The notes beneath the pieces are model-generated. The model was not told the origin of the DNA. It saw nothing but the letters and a program-made list of their open reading frames with translations, and did not search any database. From Azoarcus sp. (GTDB taxonomy: Bacteria; Pseudomonadota; Gammaproteobacteria; Burkholderiales; Rhodocyclaceae), in the NCBI GenBank assembly GCA_030604735.1, contig JAUVVG010000030.1, forward strand, positions 12,984 through 44,983: a stretch of 32,000 bases of DNA, given 5' to 3'. The position numbers were made by a program, and so were the translations under genes. Every line of letters begins with the position of its first letter. Positions within the stretch are counted from its first letter, which is position 1. Below are positions 29,572-32,000 of the stretch, in pieces.

Positions 29572-30084
29572 TCAGAGCAAGGCTTCGATCTTGTCGACCA
29601 ATTGCTCGGGCCGCGTGGTCGGGGCGAATCGTTCGACAACATGCCCGTCGCGATCGACCAGAAACTTGGTGAAATTCCATTTGATCGCTTCGGTTCCGAG
29701 TACGCCGGGCGCCGCCGAGGTCAGGTATCGGAACAAGGGGTGGGCCGAACCGCCATTGACCTCTATTTTTTCGGTGATCGGAAAAGCGACCCCGAAACGG
29801 GTGCTACAGAAACGCTGGATTTCATCCGCAGTGCCTGGCTCCTGAGCTCCGAACTGATTGCACGGAAACGCGATCACCGAAAAGCCGCGTTCGGCAAACG
29901 CATCATGCAGTGCCTGAAGCCCGGCGTACTGCGGTGTGAAACCACATTGACTCGCGGTATTGACCAGCAACAGGACCTTGCCGCGGAATTCGGACAAGGG
30001 CATCGCTACGCCGTCGGCGCGATTTATCCGGTAATCGAAAACACTTGCTTCCGGATTGTCTGCCTGTTGCCCGTGGTCATTCAT
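29572..30084 (-). CDS. Glutathione peroxidase family protein
   Basis: KVLLLVNTASQCGFTPQY..FPCNQFGAQEP..WNFTKFLVDRDG are canonical Gpx motifs with a catalytic Cys. The start is 1 nt after the iscX stop. Confidence 0.9.
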   Translation of the reverse strand: MNDHGQQADNPEASVFDYRINRADGVAMPLSEFRGKVLLLVNTASQCGFTPQYAGLQALHDAFAERGFSVIAFPCNQFGAQEPGTADEIQRFCSTRFGVAFPITEKIEVNGGSAHPLFRYLTSAAPGVLGTEAIKWNFTKFLVDRDGHVVERFAPTTRPEQLVDKIEALL

Positions 30085-30085
30085 C

Positions 30086-30280
30086 TCAGCTGATCTCGTC
30101 TATCCAGGCCTGCTGGATGCCTTCGAGAATCCGCTCGCCGCAATGTTTCGGGTCGTCATCGAATTCCGGTAGCGCCAGCACCCAGTTCATCAGGTCGACG
30201 AAGTTGACCCGGGTCGGATCGACCTCCGGGTGTGCTTCGGATAACTGAATCGCGATTTCTTCGACTTCGGTCCATTTCAT
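30086..30280 (-). CDS. iscX: Fe-S cluster assembly protein IscX
   Basis: [44 protein letters not shown] is typical of IscX/YfhJ. 64 aa, located after fdx. Confidence 0.9.
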   Translation of the reverse strand: MKWTEVEEIAIQLSEAHPEVDPTRVNFVDLMNWVLALPEFDDDPKHCGERILEGIQQAWIDEIS

Positions 30281-30621
30281 CAGTGCTTGCCCTCACGCGC
30301 CATGTTGATCGTGTAACGCGGAATCTCGATGACCAGCGGAGTCTGCGCCACCACCGCCTGACAGGACAGGCGTGACTGGGGTTCGAGTCCCCAGGCCTTG
30401 TCGAGCAGGTCGTCCTCTTCTTCTTCCGACTCGTTCAGCGAGTCGAATCCTTCACGCACGATGACGTGACAGGTGGTGCACGCGCAGGATTTCTCGCAGG
30501 CGTGCTCGATCTCGATCTCGTTCTGAAGCAGACCGTCACACACCGTGGTCCCCGGCTCTATCTCGAGCACGGCTCCATCCGGACACAATTCCACATGCGG
30601 AAGAACGATTACCTGGGTCAT
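30280..30621 (-). CDS. fdx: ISC-system [2Fe-2S] ferredoxin
   Basis: Cys pattern C..CACTTCHV...C with an acidic patch, 113 aa, between hscA and iscX. ATGA overlap with hscA. Confidence 0.95.
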   Translation of the reverse strand: MTQVIVLPHVELCPDGAVLEIEPGTTVCDGLLQNEIEIEHACEKSCACTTCHVIVREGFDSLNESEEEEDDLLDKAWGLEPQSRLSCQAVVAQTPLVIEIPRYTINMAREGKH

Positions 30622-32000
30622 ACCTCGATCTCATTGACTTTGCGTCCGGCCAGGGCCGAACGGATGCCTTTATCCATGCGTCGCGCGGCGAACTCGTCGG
30701 TCGCCGCCGACAAGGCTTCGATCCCAGCCTTGATCGCGCGGTGATCCGTGCCCGCCTTCAGTTTCATCAACTCCGCGATGGCCGCGTCGATGACGCTACG
30801 CTCTGCTTCATTCAACAGCTCGACATCCTGCAGGAGCGCGTTTCGAACCGCCTCGATCGCACGCTCCGCTTCGACGACCTGCTCCTGAAGCGCTCTTGCG
30901 TTCATGTCCTCGCTGGCATGGTCTATCCCCTGTCTGAGCATGTCTACGATCTCCTCGTCGCTCAGGCCATATGAAGGTTTGACCAGAATGCTGGCTTCTA
31001 CCCCCGAGGACATCTCACGCGCAGAAACCGACAACAGTCCATCGGCATCGACCTGGAAGGTCACCCGGATGCGAGCCGCACCGGCGACCATGGGGGGGAT
31101 GCCCCGCAGTTCGAAGCGTGCGAGGGAGCGACAATCGCTGACCAGTTCCCGCTCCCCCTGAACGACATGGAAGGCCATCGCGGTCTGGCCATCCTTGAAG
31201 GTGGTGAACTCCTGGGCGCGGGCGATCGGCAAGGTCGAATTGCGGGTAATCACCTTCTCGACCAGACCCCCCATCGTTTCCAGCCCGAGCGACAGCGGGA
31301 TCACGTCCAGCAGCAGCCAGTCATCGTCTTCCTTGCGGTTGCCTGCCAGTATATTGGCCTGAATCGCGGCACCCAGCGCGACCACCTTGTCCGGGTCGAG
31401 ATTGGTCAATGGTTCCTGTCCGAAGAACTCGGCTACCGCCCTTTGAATATGCGGCATCCGGGTCGCTCCGCCAACCATGACCACGCCCTTGATGTCCTCG
31501 GCCGCCAGACCTGCATCGCGCAAGACCTTGCGCATGGGCGCGAGCGTCTTCCGGACCAGATGGTCTGTCAATTGGGCGAAATCGTCACGGGCGATATTCA
31601 GATTGACTTCCTCTCCGGAGTCGAGCTTGGTCTTGATCGTGGTCTCTTCGCACGCGGTCAGTTGTTCCTTGGCTTCCCGCGCCTTCATCAGCAGGCGCCG
31701 CGCGTCCGTGCTGGACGGTGGCGAGATCGCCGCCTTGTCGAGAATCCAGCAGAACAGACGGTGATCGAAGTCATCGCCACCCAACGCACTATCGCCATTG
31801 GTGGCCAGCACCTCGAAGACGCCACGTGACAGCTTCAGGATGGACAGATCGAAGGTGCCACCACCGAGATCATAGACGGCGTAGACCCCCTCGGACGCAT
31901 TGTCCAGGCCATAGGCGACGGCGGCCGCGGTGGGTTCGTTGAGCAAGCGCAGGACGTTGAGTCCGGCGAGACGTGCCGCATCCTTGGTGGCTTGGCGCTG
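30618..32000 (-). CDS. hscA: Fe-S chaperone HscA (Hsp70 family), 5' end outside window
   Basis: [31 protein letters not shown] are Hsp70 motifs. The frame stays open to the window edge (461 codons), and fdx/iscX lie downstream. Confidence 0.95.
   Translation of the reverse strand, partial: QRQATKDAARLAGLNVLRLLNEPTAAAVAYGLDNASEGVYAVYDLGGGTFDLSILKLSRGVFEVLATNGDSALGGDDFDHRLFCWILDKAAISPPSSTDARRLLMKAREAKEQLTACEETTIKTKLDSGEEVNLNIARDDFAQLTDHLVRKTLAPMRKVLRDAGLAAEDIKGVVMVGGATRMPHIQRAVAEFFGQEPLTNLDPDKVVALGAAIQANILAGNRKEDDDWLLLDVIPLSLGLETMGGLVEKVITRNSTLPIARAQEFTTFKDGQTAMAFHVVQGERELVSDCRSLARFELRGIPPMVAGAARIRVTFQVDADGLLSVSAREMSSGVEASILVKPSYGLSDEEIVDMLRQGIDHASEDMNARALQEQVVEAERAIEAVRNALLQDVELLNEAERSVIDAAIAELMKLKAGTDHRAIKAGIEALSAATDEFAARRMDKGIRSALAGRKVNEIEV

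Overview
This is a high-GC proteobacterial chromosome segment (beta/gamma-like synteny; the taxon cannot be fixed from sequence alone). The core genes are lplT (partial), a divergent LysR regulator, radA and leuE on the left. On the right are mtnP, typA, galU, ligA-zipA-smc, dapC-dapD-pilU-like-dapE-prmB, an orphan receiver protein, and gpx-iscX-fdx-hscA (partial). Between the convergent core genes leuE and mtnP (about 4.7-12.77 kb) lies an integrated filamentous phage of about 8 kb (inovirus with a Pf3-type coat). It has a tightly overlapping minus-strand operon: ssDNA-binding-like ORF, two unknown ORFs, rolling-circle Rep, three micro-ORFs, two tandem 42-aa leaderless coat genes, pIII-like, pVI-like and Zot/pI. 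A divergent XRE repressor sits next to a palindromic operator and promoter switch. I see no integrase, transposase or secretin. The most interesting unexplained content is at the left end of the prophage. First, there is a roughly 400-bp block of GC hairpins that includes a 210-nt imperfect long hairpin. Second, there is a lower-GC, opposite-strand cassette of two ATGA-coupled small ORFs plus a 46-aa membrane peptide, the peptide bracketed by identical 29-bp hairpin repeats. I found no rRNA, tRNA or CRISPR array. Many long ORFs in the track are GC-driven antisense artefacts. The track also uses GTG as a start, so several N-termini were re-set by hand.
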